Notes under the pieces: generated by a model
Database searches by the model: none
What the model saw: only the letters and a program-made list of their open reading frames with translations
What the model was told of the DNA's origin: nothing
Shown: one piece after another, positions 13,804 through 27,400 of the stretch
How the letters are laid out: each line of letters begins with the position of its first letter
How positions within the stretch are numbered: position 1 is the stretch's first letter
Made by a program: the position numbers and the translations under genes
Assembly (NCBI RefSeq): GCF_036971445.1
Contig: NC_091470.1
Coordinates: forward strand, 221,092,001 to 221,156,000
Source of the DNA: Narcine bancroftii
Taxonomy: Eukaryota
DNA: 64,000 bases
Reading direction: 5' to 3'

Positions 13804-15287
13804 TTTATGGATAATAAATCAGTTGTGATTATGCATTAAAGTTTTTCTGAAGATGCATCCATTGATCCAGATGGAAACATTAATATTAAGTCAACAAGTA
13901 GGAGAAAGTTAAACCTGCTATAATCATCTTTTAAATTTTGCAGCAAATGTTATGCTACAAATAATCCGGATCCATGCAAACTAGAATGTAAGAAAGTATC
14001 AGACTTCTGTGTGTTTAGAAGCTTCTCATTAATTCTCAGCATGCAATATAACATTAATTAATTACATTTCACCCACAAACAACTCCAGCTTCCTCACACA
14101 AGGGTTCACTTACAGCCCAAACACTTCAATGGAAATCAATCTTTGCAAAAAGGGCTGTGGAATGCGCTGCTCTGTGATTTATGAAGGTGAGGACACAACT
14201 GCAAACAAGATCGATACCTGAATGGGACCGTAATGGGCTGGGATAAGAGTGGACAGCGGTTAAGTCGAGCGAAAGATTTTGGCTAATTGGATCACTGTGA
14301 TGAATGGGAATCGAACATAGAAGATGAGGTAATATTCAAGTCATTATGATTTGTTTGTAATCTATCATAAAGTGGTTTTGTAAACAATGCCAGGTACTTA
14401 AAATGAAAAGTAACAAAGGGAAACTTTTATCCAGAAATTTTTCCAAAAATGGGACTAAAATCACATTAGAAATAACACAGTACCATTGATTGATGTGCTT
14501 GGAGGCCCACATGCTTGAATTTTTGGATCAGATGCTATTTAAGCTAGACTGAAAATCTTGTGGGTGATATTATTATTGGCAAAAAGAAGTTTATTTGATT
14601 ATCATTTTTATCTCATGCTGGTATTATTCCTATATATCCATAAGCTGCTATCAACACAAGGGAGCTGGTGACTTTGTTGTATGTGTAAGTATTTAAAGGA
14701 ATTGTTGCCCACACTCCGACTGGATTTGCAGGACATCCCTGCAGAATCAGAATTGATTGACATGAATGTGCCACAAAATGATTTATTTTGCGATCTCTTC
14801 GAGTCATATTCTGTCAAGGATTTACTCATGCAAGGAATTTTGAAACAATTTGAGGACAAGAAGGGGCAAGACAAGGACAGTGTCAGGAAGGGGCGACAAC
14901 AGATGTGTGGCATCTTGTAGGAAGAAGCATGATCATAGAAATCATCTGTGGGTTAGCTCAAGTGTATCGGGCCAGGAGAACGCATCTGCAATTCTACGAG
15001 AAGCAGCATATGAGAAGTTTGTGTTCCTCTGATGAGGCTGTCAGCATGTGATGTCATGACCTGTCATAAAAATAACAAGCAATTGACCAATGAGCCCACG
15101 TTGTTACTGTTGTGGCAAAGGTCTTATATTTGCTGCCCTTCTCCCTTTCAGGCCATTATGTGAAAAAAATATATCAATGAAATATGGAGCTAATGGTTGT
15201 ATGAAGCAAGTAATTGGTGTCAGTTTTCCCAGTGCATTTATTTTTCACATATGGAAGTAAAAGGTATAGTAAATATTCAGTTACGTT

Positions 15288-15650
15288 AATGCATATAAAA
15301 TTCTTAAGGGATTAGACAGACTAGACTCAGGAAGGTTGTTTCCAATGCTGGGAAAAACCAGAACCAAGGCCACAGTTTAAGGATAAGGGGGACGTTTTTT
15401 AGGTCTGAGATGAGGAAAAATTTCTTCTCTCGGAGGGTGGTGGATCTGTGGTATTCTTTGCCACAGGAAATAGTTGAGGCCGGTTCCTTGTTAATACTTT
15501 AGGTTAGATTTGGCCCTTGTGGCTAAGGGGATCAGGGGGTATGGGGAGAAGGCGGGAACCGGGTACTACTTAGCCATGATCTTATTGAATGGTAGTGTAG
15601 GCTTGAAGGGCTAAATGGCCTACTCCTGCACTTATTTTTCTATGTTTCTA
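15288..15650 (+). mobile_element. CR1 LINE 3' fragment
   Basis: YKILKGLDRLD..RTKGHSLRI..FFSRRVV; tail GGCCTACTCCTGCAC..TTCTATGTTTCTA. Confidence 0.85.
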
Positions 15651-15654
15651 AAAG

Positions 15655-16199
15655 CATTTTAAGAATGCACATAGGTCTTTTTGTGGTGCAGTAGTTTATT
15701 ATTAGCGTCGTAAGGGGGAGTTCAAGAGACTGACAGCTAAAGAAAAAAAAGCTGTACTTGAACTTGGAGGGGCTGATCTTCAGGTTTCTGTATCTTCTAC
15801 CCGAAGGTAGCAGAGAGAAAGAGCTATGACCAGGGTGGTGCAGATCCTTTCTGATGTTGTTTGCACCTCAGATAGATCTCTTCACTAGACAGGAGGTGGG
15901 AGCCTGCGCTGGACCTGGATAGGTTTGCTATCTTCTGAGTTCCTGGCACGCAAATGACCAAACCAGATGGTGATGCAACAGCCTATATACTTTTCACAGT
16001 GTGCCTGAGAAAGTTTGATGGAGTAGTCAAATGACATGACATATCTCCTCAGGCTTCACAGAAAGTAGATGTGTGGGTGTGCCTTCTTTGTAGTTGCCTC
16101 AGGGTGATGGTTCTGATCTACGGACACCCAGAAACATCTCGGTTCCATCAATGTAGACAGCTCTGTGTTCCCTCCGCCTCCCCTTCCTAAAATCTACAG
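15655..16199 (-). mobile_element. Old Rex1-type LINE 3' fragment
   Basis: Reverse-complement similarity to the other Rex1 3' regions. Confidence 0.55.
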
Positions 16200-17738
16200 T
16201 GTTTGTTATTGTGTGCTGAATAACAAGGCAACTATGTCAAACAAGCTGTTTACTTTGTAGTCATGGGAGAGGGAGCTTCTTACATGATGTACCCTCCCTG
16301 GCAAAGCCTGTTTTTTTCACCACCGCCCTTCATGCAGCTTGCACATGTCCAGAGCGCTGTTTCGAGTACGGTGGCTGCCATGCAATTGGAGTGAGTGCAG
16401 AGCAACCGATGGCAGTGGCTGCCTACATCCCCTTTCTTGAGTTCAAGCTAATGCTCTGCATTACGATGGTGACATTCAAGGAACAAAGCAGCCAACCCAG
16501 TTCAGTCTCTATACCTCAGGTTAAATTTGGACATCGCCCAAAGCATGTCCTGTAGTAGCCCTCTATGGATGCGGAGGCTTGGGGTGCCTCAACCTGAGGG
16601 TATGTGTTGTCCATTGTCTCATGGATGGTCAGTGAGGGAGACCCGCCGATCTCCGGCTCACTTTCTAAATCCTGGAACACAGTCTTGTCAGGATTAGTTT
16701 GGGATGGGGGGTGGGGTGGCTACCTTACTGAAAGAGATGTCACAGTTTCTTCTGTACACCTCCCTTCTGATCGGACCAGGTATGACCTGGGCTCCGGCAG
16801 CTCCCTTTGACTATGCCCATGTAGTCGTAGTCCTGTGGAGTCTGCCTTCCAATGACCTGCCCTTCTTGAGAGGTCCGCTTGTTCTGTTATAGCACTTCTT
16901 CTGCAGCAGTCTTTGGCTCAGCAGCTGGGCCTTGATTTCTTGCGGGTTCCTCAAATGATGCTCCAGAAGTCTCTTCGCCAGTGGTAGTCTTCTACGTCTG
17001 CCAGAGAGCCCACTGTGGCTTCATGAGGGACGTTCCTCAAGTTAAACAGAATGAGGACTATGTCTATCTTCATCCTGCGAGACTTTTCCATGAGCTGTTT
17101 TGCGTTTCTTACAGCTCTCTCAGCCAACCCATCTGACTGTAGTTATTCCGGGCTACTGGTGATGTGGGGGAAGTCGCACGCTGCTGCAAAGTCTCGGAAT
17201 CATTCACTGGTGAGTTGTCTGCCGTTGTGTGACAGCAGAGTGTGAGGTGCCCCATGCACTAAAAAGTGTCTTTTTAGCTTGGTTATGACCACTAAGGAGG
17301 TAGCGTCGCTTAACAGATCTATTTCGAACCATCCAGCATATGAATTGATTAGTACCAAGTATTGCTGACTTCGCCATTTGAAAATGTCCGTCGCCGTGGT
17401 TGTCCAGGGTAGGTCTGGCACTCGGTGAAGCTGCAGTCGCTCCTTCTGCTGGTGTGGCTTGGTGCTGGTGCACACCGAGCAAACTTACACTTCTTGATCA
17501 ATGTTTTCAGTCATTCTTGGCCAAAAAACTCTGTCTCTCATCCCTTGTTTTGTTGCCTCTGCACCCAGATGCCCTCTGTGTGGGATTGAAATGTATATGT
17601 TTTGCAGTGAACTCGGAATGACCGCTCTCTGGCCCTTCATTACGATTCCTTCATCGATAAGTAGCTCATCACAGAATGGAGAGAAGGGCTACACTTCTGG
17701 TGGGAGGCTGCGCTGCTTGTCCGGCCAACCACCACTCG
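16200..17738 (-). mobile_element. Ty3/Gypsy LTR retrotransposon 3' part: integrase remnant, PPT and 3' LTR (16200-16427)
   Basis: Integrase-like LHRVPDLPWTTTATDIF..YLVLINSYAGWFEID..LSHNG; PPT AAGAAAGGGGA (16428-16438, minus) abuts a TG..CA LTR; 5' part is replaced by a Rex1 copy. Confidence 0.85.
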
Positions 17739-17739
17739 G

Positions 17740-19563
17740 ATTAGGAGGGCAGGAACAAGTATGACCTGCGGAAAGCCATCTTCCAAGTGAAATGGAGATT
17801 CTGGATGAAAATGGAAACAACGAGGGACACTGGAATACTGTGGCAGGGCCTAAATGCCATAACCTATTACACCACCAAATCTGGTAAAGTAGCTGATGGC
17901 AAAGCTTCTCTCCCAGAGGAATTCAACGCCTTCTCTAACCGATTTGACAACGGTAACAGTGAAGAACCACCCCTCCATACCCCCACACACCCTGTCCAAA
18001 TCTGAGGATGATGTGCATGCTACCTTCAGGAGAATGAATACAAGAAAATCATCTGGCCCAGATGGAGTACCTGGCCGAGTACTAAAGATCTGTGCTGATC
18101 AATTACAAAGGTATTCATGGATATCTTCAGTATCTCACTCAAACAGGTATCAATCATACCGGTGCCAAAGAAGAGTGCATTAACCTGCCTTAACAACTAT
18201 CGGTCAGTGGCACTTACTTCAGCAGTGATAAACTGTTATGAAAGGCTGGTGATAAAGCATATCAGCTCTTGTCTGAGCACTGACATGGTTCCATTCCTGT
18301 TCACCTATCATGGCCACTGGTCTACAATGGATGTATTCTCACTGGCCCTACACAAAGCCCTGGAATATCTGGACACCAAAGATGCATACATCAGAATGCA
18401 CTTTATTGACTACAGTTTGGCATATAATGCCATCATCCCCTCAAAACTGATCAGCAAACTCCAGGACCTGGGGGTTAACACCCCAATGCGTAATTTGATC
18501 ATGGATTTCCTCACCTCCAGACCACAATCAGTGACGATTGGTAAGAATTTGTCCTCCACAATCTCCATCAGGGCTGTGTTCTTAGCCCCCTGCTCTACTC
18601 ACTTTACACTTACAACTGTGTAGCTCAGTATGACAATAACACCATCTGCAAATTTGCTGACAATACGACAGTAGTGGGTTGTATAAAGGAAGGGGATGAG
18701 TCAGCGTACAGGATGGAGATTGAAAACTTGGCTGAATGGTGCACCACCAACAACCTTGCACTCAATGTCATTGTTGACTTGAGGAAAGGAAAGCCAGAGG
18801 TATACAATCCAGTGATCGTTGGGGGGAATCAGAGGTGGAGAGAGTGAGCACATTTAGATTCTTGGGAGTCACTATCTCAGAGGATCTTTCCTGGACCCAA
18901 CAGACCCAATGGCATCGTGAAGAAAGCACATAAGCGCCTTTACTTCCTCAGGAGTTTGCGGAGGTTTAGTACGACACCAGAAACCCTGGCAAATTTCTGC
19001 AGATGCGTGATGGAAAGTGTGCTGACCAGATGCATCACGATCTGGTATGGGAACACCTATAGGCCTGAGCGTCAAGCCCTCCAAATGTTAGTGGACACAG
19101 CCCAAGACATGACAGGTATAACCATTGAGAATGTCTGCAGGGAACGCTGCCGTCAGAGGGCAGCAGCAATCATCAAAGACCAACAATACCCAGCACACCC
19201 TCTGTTCTTGCTGTTGCCATCAGGAAAGACGTCTAGGTGCCACAAGACTCGCATCACCAGGTTCAGGAACAGCTGCTACCCCTCCACTATCTGACTCTTC
19301 AATGACAAACTCAATCTGAGACTCATTGAAGGACTCTTTCTTGATTTTTTTGATTTTCTTTCCTCTCCTTGTATTGCACAGTGAGTTTATTTACATTCGA
19401 TATCTGTTTACAGTTCTTTCGATTGTTTACATGTTCATGCTGTGTACAGATGATTTTATTGCATAATCAATTAGTGGTAATTCTGCTGCGCCCACAGGGG
19501 AACAAAGAATCTAAGGGATGTCATGTATGTACTCTGACAATAAATCTGAAATCCGATATCTGA
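17740..19563 (+). mobile_element. Rex1/Babar-type LINE, 5'-truncated
   Basis: GPDGVPGRVLKICADQL, NNYRSVALTS, CKFADNTT, KRLYFLRSLRRF, RFRNSCYP; tail GACAATAAATCTGAAATCCGA. Confidence 0.9.
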
Positions 19564-20094
19564 ATGGTCATCAAACCATTTATTAACATGGTAGCAACGT
19601 GAACATGAGGGAAAATGAATAAGAACATTCCCACAGGAGGGAAAGTGGAGCCTTTAGCCGACCCATCCCTCAACTGAGCATTAGTCTATCATCTTACCCT
19701 CTTCTATTAGGAAAAATGTGTTTCTACTACTGATTAAACTTAAAAAAAAAATCAATTTGCAATCAAATCATATACTTAATCGATGAAGTGCAGAAACTGA
19801 TATCAATTTTAAATGTCTTGCTGAAAAGAGAATTTATTAATTTGATTTTGGTTATTGATTTCTTCAGAATCCAAGGAGTGATATTAAAAAAAACTTTCCA
19901 ATAATATCTGAGCACCACAATATTTATCATCTATTTCTCCCAATGTATATTAAAAAAGTCACTTGCTGGTTCTAGAAGTTGACAAACATCTCAGATGTAT
20001 ATGCTGTGGTGCATCTATTCCACTGGAAACTCGCTGCCGCCCCCATCCTCTGCAGATGTCTCCCACCGTATTCACCTCTCTCATCACATTCACA

Positions 20095-20434
20095 AGCCGC
20101 TTTCAGGTGCTTGGACGCAGATAATGTGTCAGCAGACGTGGCTGGGGGAGTTCAGGTGGCTGCTGAGAAGACGTCTCTCTGTCACCTGAACATGCTAGCT
20201 GAAGGAGAGCCATGTTCGAGAGAACGCCGGCTCCTGTGGACTGTGACCGTCGTCCCACTGCTGCTTTCAGGTGCAACGGGGAATTCTCTGTGCTGGAGAA
20301 TATACCTACAGGAAGAGGGTTATGTAAGTGCTCCTCTTGGCCGGGTTCTTCACTTTCAGGTGGCCACCCGACAGCCGCATTGGGGTAGAATAGGTGGCTT
20401 TACAGTCGGGTATTCTGGCCACCTGAAAGCGGCT
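20095..20434. mobile_element. PIF/Harbinger-like MITE, copy 1
   Basis: Perfect 15-bp TIR AGCCGCTTTCAGGTG/CACCTGAAAGCGGCT; 3-bp TSD ACA (20092-94, 20435-37). Confidence 0.85.
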
Positions 20435-21434
20435 ACAATTGTACTTAATCCTACAAAGCTGTTGTTCATGCTGAAATCATTGAAGTTATTGATGAGATTG
20501 CATTGCAAGCCAGTTTCTCCTATGTAATCAAAATATTCAGAGACTGTACATCCTGCAACTCAAAGGTCCAAGGTTTCAAAGGTTACATTAAATATTCAAT
20601 CTACATGATATACAGTTATGACCCCATCATCCAGAATTCAAGCAACTGACAGCCTCAAGCAACCGGCAAAAAAATTGGCAACAATAAATAGGTAAGAAAT
20701 ACGAAAGTTTAAAAGTGGTCAGTTTGCCAATCCACACAACATGCAATCACAAACAACCGGCAAATTCACTTATCCAGCATCTACCAATCCCCATGGGTGC
20801 CGGTGAGGGGGGGTGTGTGGTTTTACTAAACCTCAACTTTTTGTCTGCCGTAAGGCAAACAAAGTGTCACCACAATCATTGCCTGATGCCCCCAAAAATT
20901 AGGAGAGTGAGAAGCGAAAGGGAGACCCTTTAGAGTCCGTAGATTCGCCTCCAGTGCTCCCACAGCTTCTGCAGCTGCACAGACTCCAGTTCAAAATATA
21001 ATCAGCCCAAAATCCAGATCCTACACAGTTAGGAAGCCTTCAGCACCGGAGGCATTTCGGCATCCCTTCCTGCCCTCAGCATCTTCTTGAATTGAATCCC
21101 TGTTCTGACGCCTGGTTCCCGTGAGCCAGTCTCCTGCAGCCTGTATGACTCTTTCAACGACAAGTCACCAGCTCATAATTTAACCCTTTAATCTCAAGCA
21201 TCGTTTTGTTTAAGTTGTGCTACCCGACTCAAAAGGCCATAGCATCCTTCTGTGGGTTTAGTGGTCAAATGTGAATTAAATATTTATTTCCCACCCCTAC
21301 CTTCTAAAATGCTGACAGCAAAGAGGTTGAAACTTCTCCAAAATTCATTTTGTAATCAATCCTTGCACTTGTATGTCACTCCTGTTTTTCTCCAAAAAAC
21401 AGACTTCAGAAACCATTTGCAAATCAATAATCGC

Positions 21435-22140
21435 TAAAGGCCACTCAGCAGGTCATACAGCATCTGTGGGGAGATATGATCAGCCCATATTTTGAGTTGA
21501 AATCTTTTATCAAGATGAAGCTAGAATAAGTGAAATTACATGCATGGGCATGGAGGTAAGGGGGGAGTGGGGAGGGGGGCAGCGGTCAGGAATGGAGGGG
21601 AGAATCTCCAGAAGTGATAGAGTGTAAGACAGAAGGTGGTGAGTCAGTGGAGAGAAAAGTTAGAGAGAGAAAAAAATAAGTACAGGGGTAGATGGGGATG
21701 GATGGAAACGGTAGCTGCTTTCAGGTGCTCGGATGCAGATAATGCGCCGGCAGACGCGGCTGGGAGAGTGCACCTGGGATGTTCAGGTGGCCATGGAGAA
21801 GATGCCTTTCCGTCACCTAAACATGCTAGCTGAAGAAGAGCCATCTTCGAGTGAACGCCAGCTCCTGTGGATTGTGACCGTCGTCCCACTGCTGTTTTCA
21901 GGTGCAACGGGGGATTCTACAAGCTGGAGATTATACCTACAGGAGGAGGGTTAGTTAAGTGCTCCTCCTGGCTGGGTTCTCCACTTTCAAGTGGCCTCCC
22001 GACAGCTGCATAGGGATAAAATATACGGCTTTACATCAGGGTATTTTGGCCACCTGAAAGTGCCTAGTGGAATCAGATAGGGTAGGCGTTACTTAAAATT
22101 AGGAAAATCTGTGCTCAGGTTTAAAATGGTCCAGCAGGAA
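21435..22140 (-). mobile_element. Old Penelope-like 3' remnant interrupted by the MITE
   Basis: CTCAGCAGGTCATACAGCATCTGTGG terminal-repeat text, purine-rich tract, TTACTTAAAATT.GGAAAATC after the MITE. Confidence 0.5.
21713..22065. mobile_element. PIF/Harbinger-like MITE, copy 2, inserted in a Penelope remnant
   Basis: Colinear with copy 1, imperfect TIRs, flanks GGT/AGT. Confidence 0.8.
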
Positions 22141-22324
22141 ATATAATAAAGTTTAAAGTTCAAATTTATTGACAGACTATATACATGTCGTTACATACAA
22201 CCCTGAGATTCATTTTTCTGCCTGGCTTAGCAGTAAATGTAAACTATAAACAATGTAATGAATATATGAATCCTTAAAGAATCTCTAAATGAGAATAATT
22301 AATAATAGTTAATAGTCCACAGTA

Positions 22325-22574
22325 ATGGGCAGCACAGTTGGTGTAGCGGTTAGCGCAATGCCTTTACCGTGCCAGCGATCGGGTCCAGAATGGGGTTTGA
22401 ATCCCATGGTGTCTGTAAGGAATTTTAACGCACTCCCTGTGTCTGCATGGATTTTCTCTGTGAGCTCCAGTTTCCTCCCACTGTTTAAAACACATCAAGG
22501 ATGTAGGTTAATGGGGTGTTAATTGGGCAGCACAGAATCATAAGCCAAAATGGCCTGTTATCATGCTGTATGTC
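22325..22574 (+). mobile_element. tRNA-derived SINE (HE1-like)
   Basis: A-box TGGTGTAGCGG, B-box GGTTTGAATCC, CR1-type tail GGCCTGTTATCATGCTGTATGTC. Confidence 0.8.
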
Positions 22575-22816
22575 TGATAGGCTCTACCAATAACCACAAA
22601 GACTAGACTAAGGGAACGATAGGCTTTAATGTACAGAAGAACCTTGGTGGCCCAGATCCAGGTATAGGAATGGAGGGAAGGGAGAGGTGCCTTGACCGTT
22701 ATGGCCCAGGACCACGGCGAAGGAGCCATAGGGTATGAGTCATCAATGGGCGGGCCAACTCCATATATACAGTAGTCAACAATAACTATATTCAATGGAG
22801 GAAGCATATCATCACA
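22575..22816 (-). mobile_element. Solo LTR inserted in the SINE tail
   Basis: TG..CA termini, 5-bp TSD ATGTC/ATATC (one mismatch), ATTAAA on minus near 22625; SINE tail resumes after it. Confidence 0.65.
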
Positions 22817-22874
22817 ATATCTAATTTTTTAAAAAGGAAAAAGAAGGAAAGAAAAATTATACCTCCTTGTTCAA

Positions 22875-22990
22875 GAGTTGGGGTGTAGTATAAACAGAAA
22901 TTCAGGGGTACTTAGCCAGTCTTGAGCATCCATAGGAGGTATAGATATATCACCAATGTTTTGGGCCTGAACCCTTCTTCAAAGTATGAA
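22875..22990 (-). repeat. Penelope-like terminal repeat with hammerhead motif
   Basis: Minus strand: TTGAAGA-AGGGTTCAGGCCC-AAAA-CATTGG. Confidence 0.7.
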
Positions 22991-24005
22991 GTTGAGGGGT
23001 AGTAACCATTACTGAACCTATTAACATGAGTCCTGTGGCACCTGTATTTCCTTCCTGATGGCAGCAGCGAGAACAGGATCTGGCCTGGATGGCATGGTTC
23101 CTTGATGGTTGCTCTCTGTCAACAGCATTCCATGTAGATTTTCTCGATAGTGAGGGGAATTTGGCCTGCAATGAACTGGGCTGTGTCCACCACACTGGTG
23201 TTCCACTGTCCCCTTCTTTACCTAATCCTGCACTTACTCTTACTTCCCCTTCTCCAACTTTTCCCTCTCTCTCTATCTCTTCCACCTTCATTCCTAGATC
23301 CAATCAATTCTGGGCCAAACCCAAGCTTCTTTTCAAGTGTCTCTGTGCACCTTCAAGAATCACCCTGAAAAATTTCACACACAGTGACTGTTAGACAGTT
23401 AATATAATTAATGTATTGAGCTCCTGAATTTCTGTGGTCAGATTCACAGAGCGGAACAGTATATCCATAAATAAGAGAGACCAAGATTTTATTGCAGGAA
23501 AATTGCCTGCATCCAAGTGGATTTGGAGCAACTGATTTCATCAAATCAAAAGATATAGATGGCTTGCTAAATTACAAGCAGTTTTTTTCCCCCCGGGGAC
23601 CACAATACTGATTTCTTGTGATATATCTTGCAAGGTATAGTGGTCCAAAACAAAGAAGTAGAAAAATGACTCATAATGTTATATGTTCAGCTATATTATT
23701 ATTATTTTCGGTGAAGGTCAGGATATTACCTGAATCCTTCTGTTCTTTGAAATTCTACATCTGTGTAACCACCAATGATACAGGTGCTCCTCCACTTATG
23801 ATGGGGTCACATTCTGCAAACCCATCATAAGTCGAAAAACCATTAGTCAAAAAAGAATGCCACACCTACCATTTTTGTAATTACATTTTGAATATCTTTA
23901 TTCCACACTGAAAAAAAAAATTAATGTACACACCTGAAAGCACACTGGGCATGAATTAAAATTAATTGCTGGACAGTAAAGATGGTGGGTATGTCAAAGC
24001 AACAG

Positions 24006-24402
24006 TGTAGTGACTACTTTCCATTATTAGTCGCTTGGAGGATGAAGGAATCTTTGTTCTTGTCTATGACTCATTCAAACAGGTTCATTCTAAAGTTAAG
24101 TTGAGTTTTCTAAAGTTTATTAAATGATATTAAACATTGTTAATGTTATGATAAGTTGATAAACATTGTTACAAGCCATTAAACATTGTTAGACGGTTAA
24201 TAGAAAATGTCAGAACTTCCTCTGTCTCTTCCATTCTGCAGAACAAAAGAAATTTAAACTAACCCTTATCTCCTGATGAGCAGAGAAAAACTCGCTTGGT
24301 CCCTGAAGCAGAGAAGTTGCTAGGAGACAGCATAACAAATATGTTAAACAAAAAGCCATGAACAGATTGCTTGTGAAAATGGAATACATTTCAACCCCTA
24401 CT
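24006..24402 (-). repeat. BEL/Pao 3' LTR
   Basis: TGTAGTGACTACTTTCC..AACCCCTAC; alignable with 30489-30866; internal AAACATTGTTA repeats. Confidence 0.85.
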
Positions 24403-27400
24403 ATACTCGTCCCAAATTATTATGTTTAAAAAATAATATTACCATCATAAAGAAATAAAATCAAATATAGTATATATCTTGGTTAAATTTCAGAAGAAAA
24501 TAAAAGTCAATTATCAAAACTTTCTGCCTACATATTTTGGTAATTGGTCTGTTCAGAAAGCCAGTTTTAGTCTTGATCTGAACTTGATGTACAAGTCTCC
24601 TTTTGTCCTGAATGGTATCAACAATTTTCCTCATCAACCAGGAATTTCAATGTGCGGAATTGTCCATGATGATCACCATATCCTCGTGTGTGAAATTGCG
24701 CCTGATCTTAAACCATTTCTGTCACTCCTGCAACAGTGGAAGATATTCTTTCACTCAACTTTTCCAGAACAAACCCAATATAAATTGCACCTGCTTCCAC
24801 CTGCGGCAAGCATATATGTCTTCCTTCTGAAACAGCCTCGGAGGCATCAAAGACTTAGTCTTAAAGAGCAGAAGATGATTTGGCTTCTAGATCATTTGGA
24901 TTGTAGAAGTCATAGTGACAGTTGAGGAAAGCTTCGACTTCACCTAAAACTATATGAGGATCCTCCTCTGGTAGATTCTGTCCATTTAGGATGGAAATGA
25001 GAACTTTTCACACTGATCTAATCAATTTTTCCCATACACCTCCATGATGTGAGGCAACAGGGGGATGGAAAGTCCAATTCATTCCTTTCTGGTCTAGTTC
25101 ATCATGAACCTGACCTTGATTGCAGTCCAAAAGTGCTTTCTTCAATTCCTGTTAATCCCCTGCAAAGTTTGTACCTTGGTCAGATCCTTTTACCTGACCA
25201 CGCCTGGCAATAAAACTCCAAAGAGCATTAACGATGGAGTCTGTGTCAAATGATGATGCACCTCGATGTGAATTGCTCTTATAGTTAAACAGGTGACAAT
25301 AACACCATAGCCTTTCACGACATTCCTTCCTCGCTTTACTCCAAAGGGTCCAACATAATCAACTCCAACCTATGTAAATGGAGGTTCATCCAGAAACACT
25401 CTGTCCAGGGGCAAATCTGCCATCTGCTGTTGTCCAGGAAGAGCATTTACATGCTGATAAACAAGACGTTTTGACATAAATTTTCTGATTGTCCCATTGA
25501 TACCAGGAATCCAATATCCTTGGCGGAGATTGGATAACATATAGTTGCGACCACCATGACCCACCTCTTCATGAATATTCCGAAGAATCAAATCTGAGAT
25601 GTTGACATCCTTGGCCAGTGTGGCAGGATGTTTCATCCCTTCTGGCATTGCTGCTGTACTAAGTCGCCCACCAACTCTTAATACATTATTCTCCAGAACT
25701 GGGTTAAGTTTACAAATGTGGTTTGTCCTTTTAATTTTCAACCCCTTTTCCAGATGAAATTTCGTCTGCAAATCTCTTCATCTGGCAAAAGCAGATTATC
25801 TCCTTCTCAGCATTAACCAGTTCTTCAACTGTGAGACCTCAGTTTTCTTGAGTCTCAAGATTTCCTGTCTCCTTTTATGGTAGATCTCTTTGTTGGATGT
25901 TATCGAGATGAGGCTGAGCAAGAACACCGCTTGCTTGTTGTCTCTTTCTGCTACAATTCAGAAACTACCTTTTAAATCTGAGCATCCATGCTGTTGCTTT
26001 TTCCAAACAACTTCAGGATGAGAACTAATGGATTAAGCGGGTAACTGGATCCACTTGTTCAACATTTTCAGCCATTCTCCTGATTTCAGGGTCCTCTGGT
26101 GAAATTTCTTCTAATTTATCAGGGTTTTGAGGCCGCTCTTCCCAAGCCTGTAGAAGAAATCGAGGCCATGACACCCACATTTCTTTCTTCAGAAAAGACT
26201 GGACTTTCAAACCCCAGGAAGCCAAATTGGCAGGATTTTCAACTATGTTAACATATCTCCACTGCATTGGACATGAGACTTCACTAATTCCAGTGATTCT
26301 GTTAGCCACGAAAGTTCAAAACCTTGTGGTTTTATTGTTGATGCATTTGAGCACAGAGGTGCTATCAGTCCAAAGTATGGAGTCTGTTAGTTTTATCTGC
26401 AACTCTCTTTTCAACATTGTGTTCATTTTGCTCGCCATGGTAGCAGCCATCAACTCCATTCGAGGGATAATGGAGCCACTCTGGCCTTTCCCATTGCAAA
26501 TCCACAATGTACTTGATCCTGGTTATCATGCAGTAACAGGAAACTAACAGTTTCAGAACCACCCTCACATGCATCAGCTAAATGATGTAATTGAACAGAA
26601 GTCACAGTTCCAAATTTGTGGGTTTGAAGCATCTGTCAATCTTGAAGTCTTCAAGTAGACAAAGGTCCTGAATCCAACATGTCCATTCTTGTACAAAGGA
26701 TTCTGGGACCTCATTATCTCAGCCAATCCTTTTCCTACACAAATCTTGCAGGATTCAGGATCACTGGTGCTAATATTCCTGAAGGATCATATATCAAACT
26801 GACGATCCCCCTTCTTGTGCGAGATCTGTCCTTCAAAATGATTTTGAACTTAAATGTCACACTGAATACACCACTGTTCACTTAACACCCTCTCCACAGG
26901 AAGGTTGTCATTATCTAATCCAGATTCTTCATTTCTTTTTCCCTCTCAGTTTCAGGTATGGCAGCCAACACATGACGACTGTTACTTATCATTGGGCAAG
27001 TAGAAAGACTCCCTTGAAACAGATTGCCCACAACTCCTGATAAAGAGCTATTTCTTCTTTTTCTTTGGCTGTAGAAGTGAGACAGTCATCCACATAGAAG
27101 TTATTCCTGATATTGCTTATAGATTGAGAGCTAAACTGTTCAATGTTGTCCTCAGCACACTTCCTAAGGGCAAATATTGCAGTGGCCATTCCAAATAGAT
27201 GGCCTGGAATTCTATATTCCACCATGTTCTGTCTGTAGTCTCCATTAGGCCGCCAAAGGAATCGTAACATGTCATAGTCTTCTTTTGGTACTTTCACCTG
27301 GTGGAAAATTGCTTCAGTGTCTGCAGTGATGACAACAGGTTCTTTATGGAATCTAGTTAAGACTCCGATCAATGTATTGGTCAAATCTGGGCCCTATAAA

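Noticed and set aside
14608-15065. Cluster of short ORFs (DLLMQGILKQFEDKKG..)
   Set aside because: Most likely a very old LINE 3' remnant, too decayed to classify; not a host exon
19979-20527. 182-aa ORF with a paralogous ORF at 21733-21954
   Set aside because: Both are chance frames through the non-coding Harbinger-like MITE
22325-22405. tRNA-like A/B boxes (also 46807, 55400, 62477)
   Set aside because: SINE heads with LINE-derived tails, not cloverleaf tRNA genes
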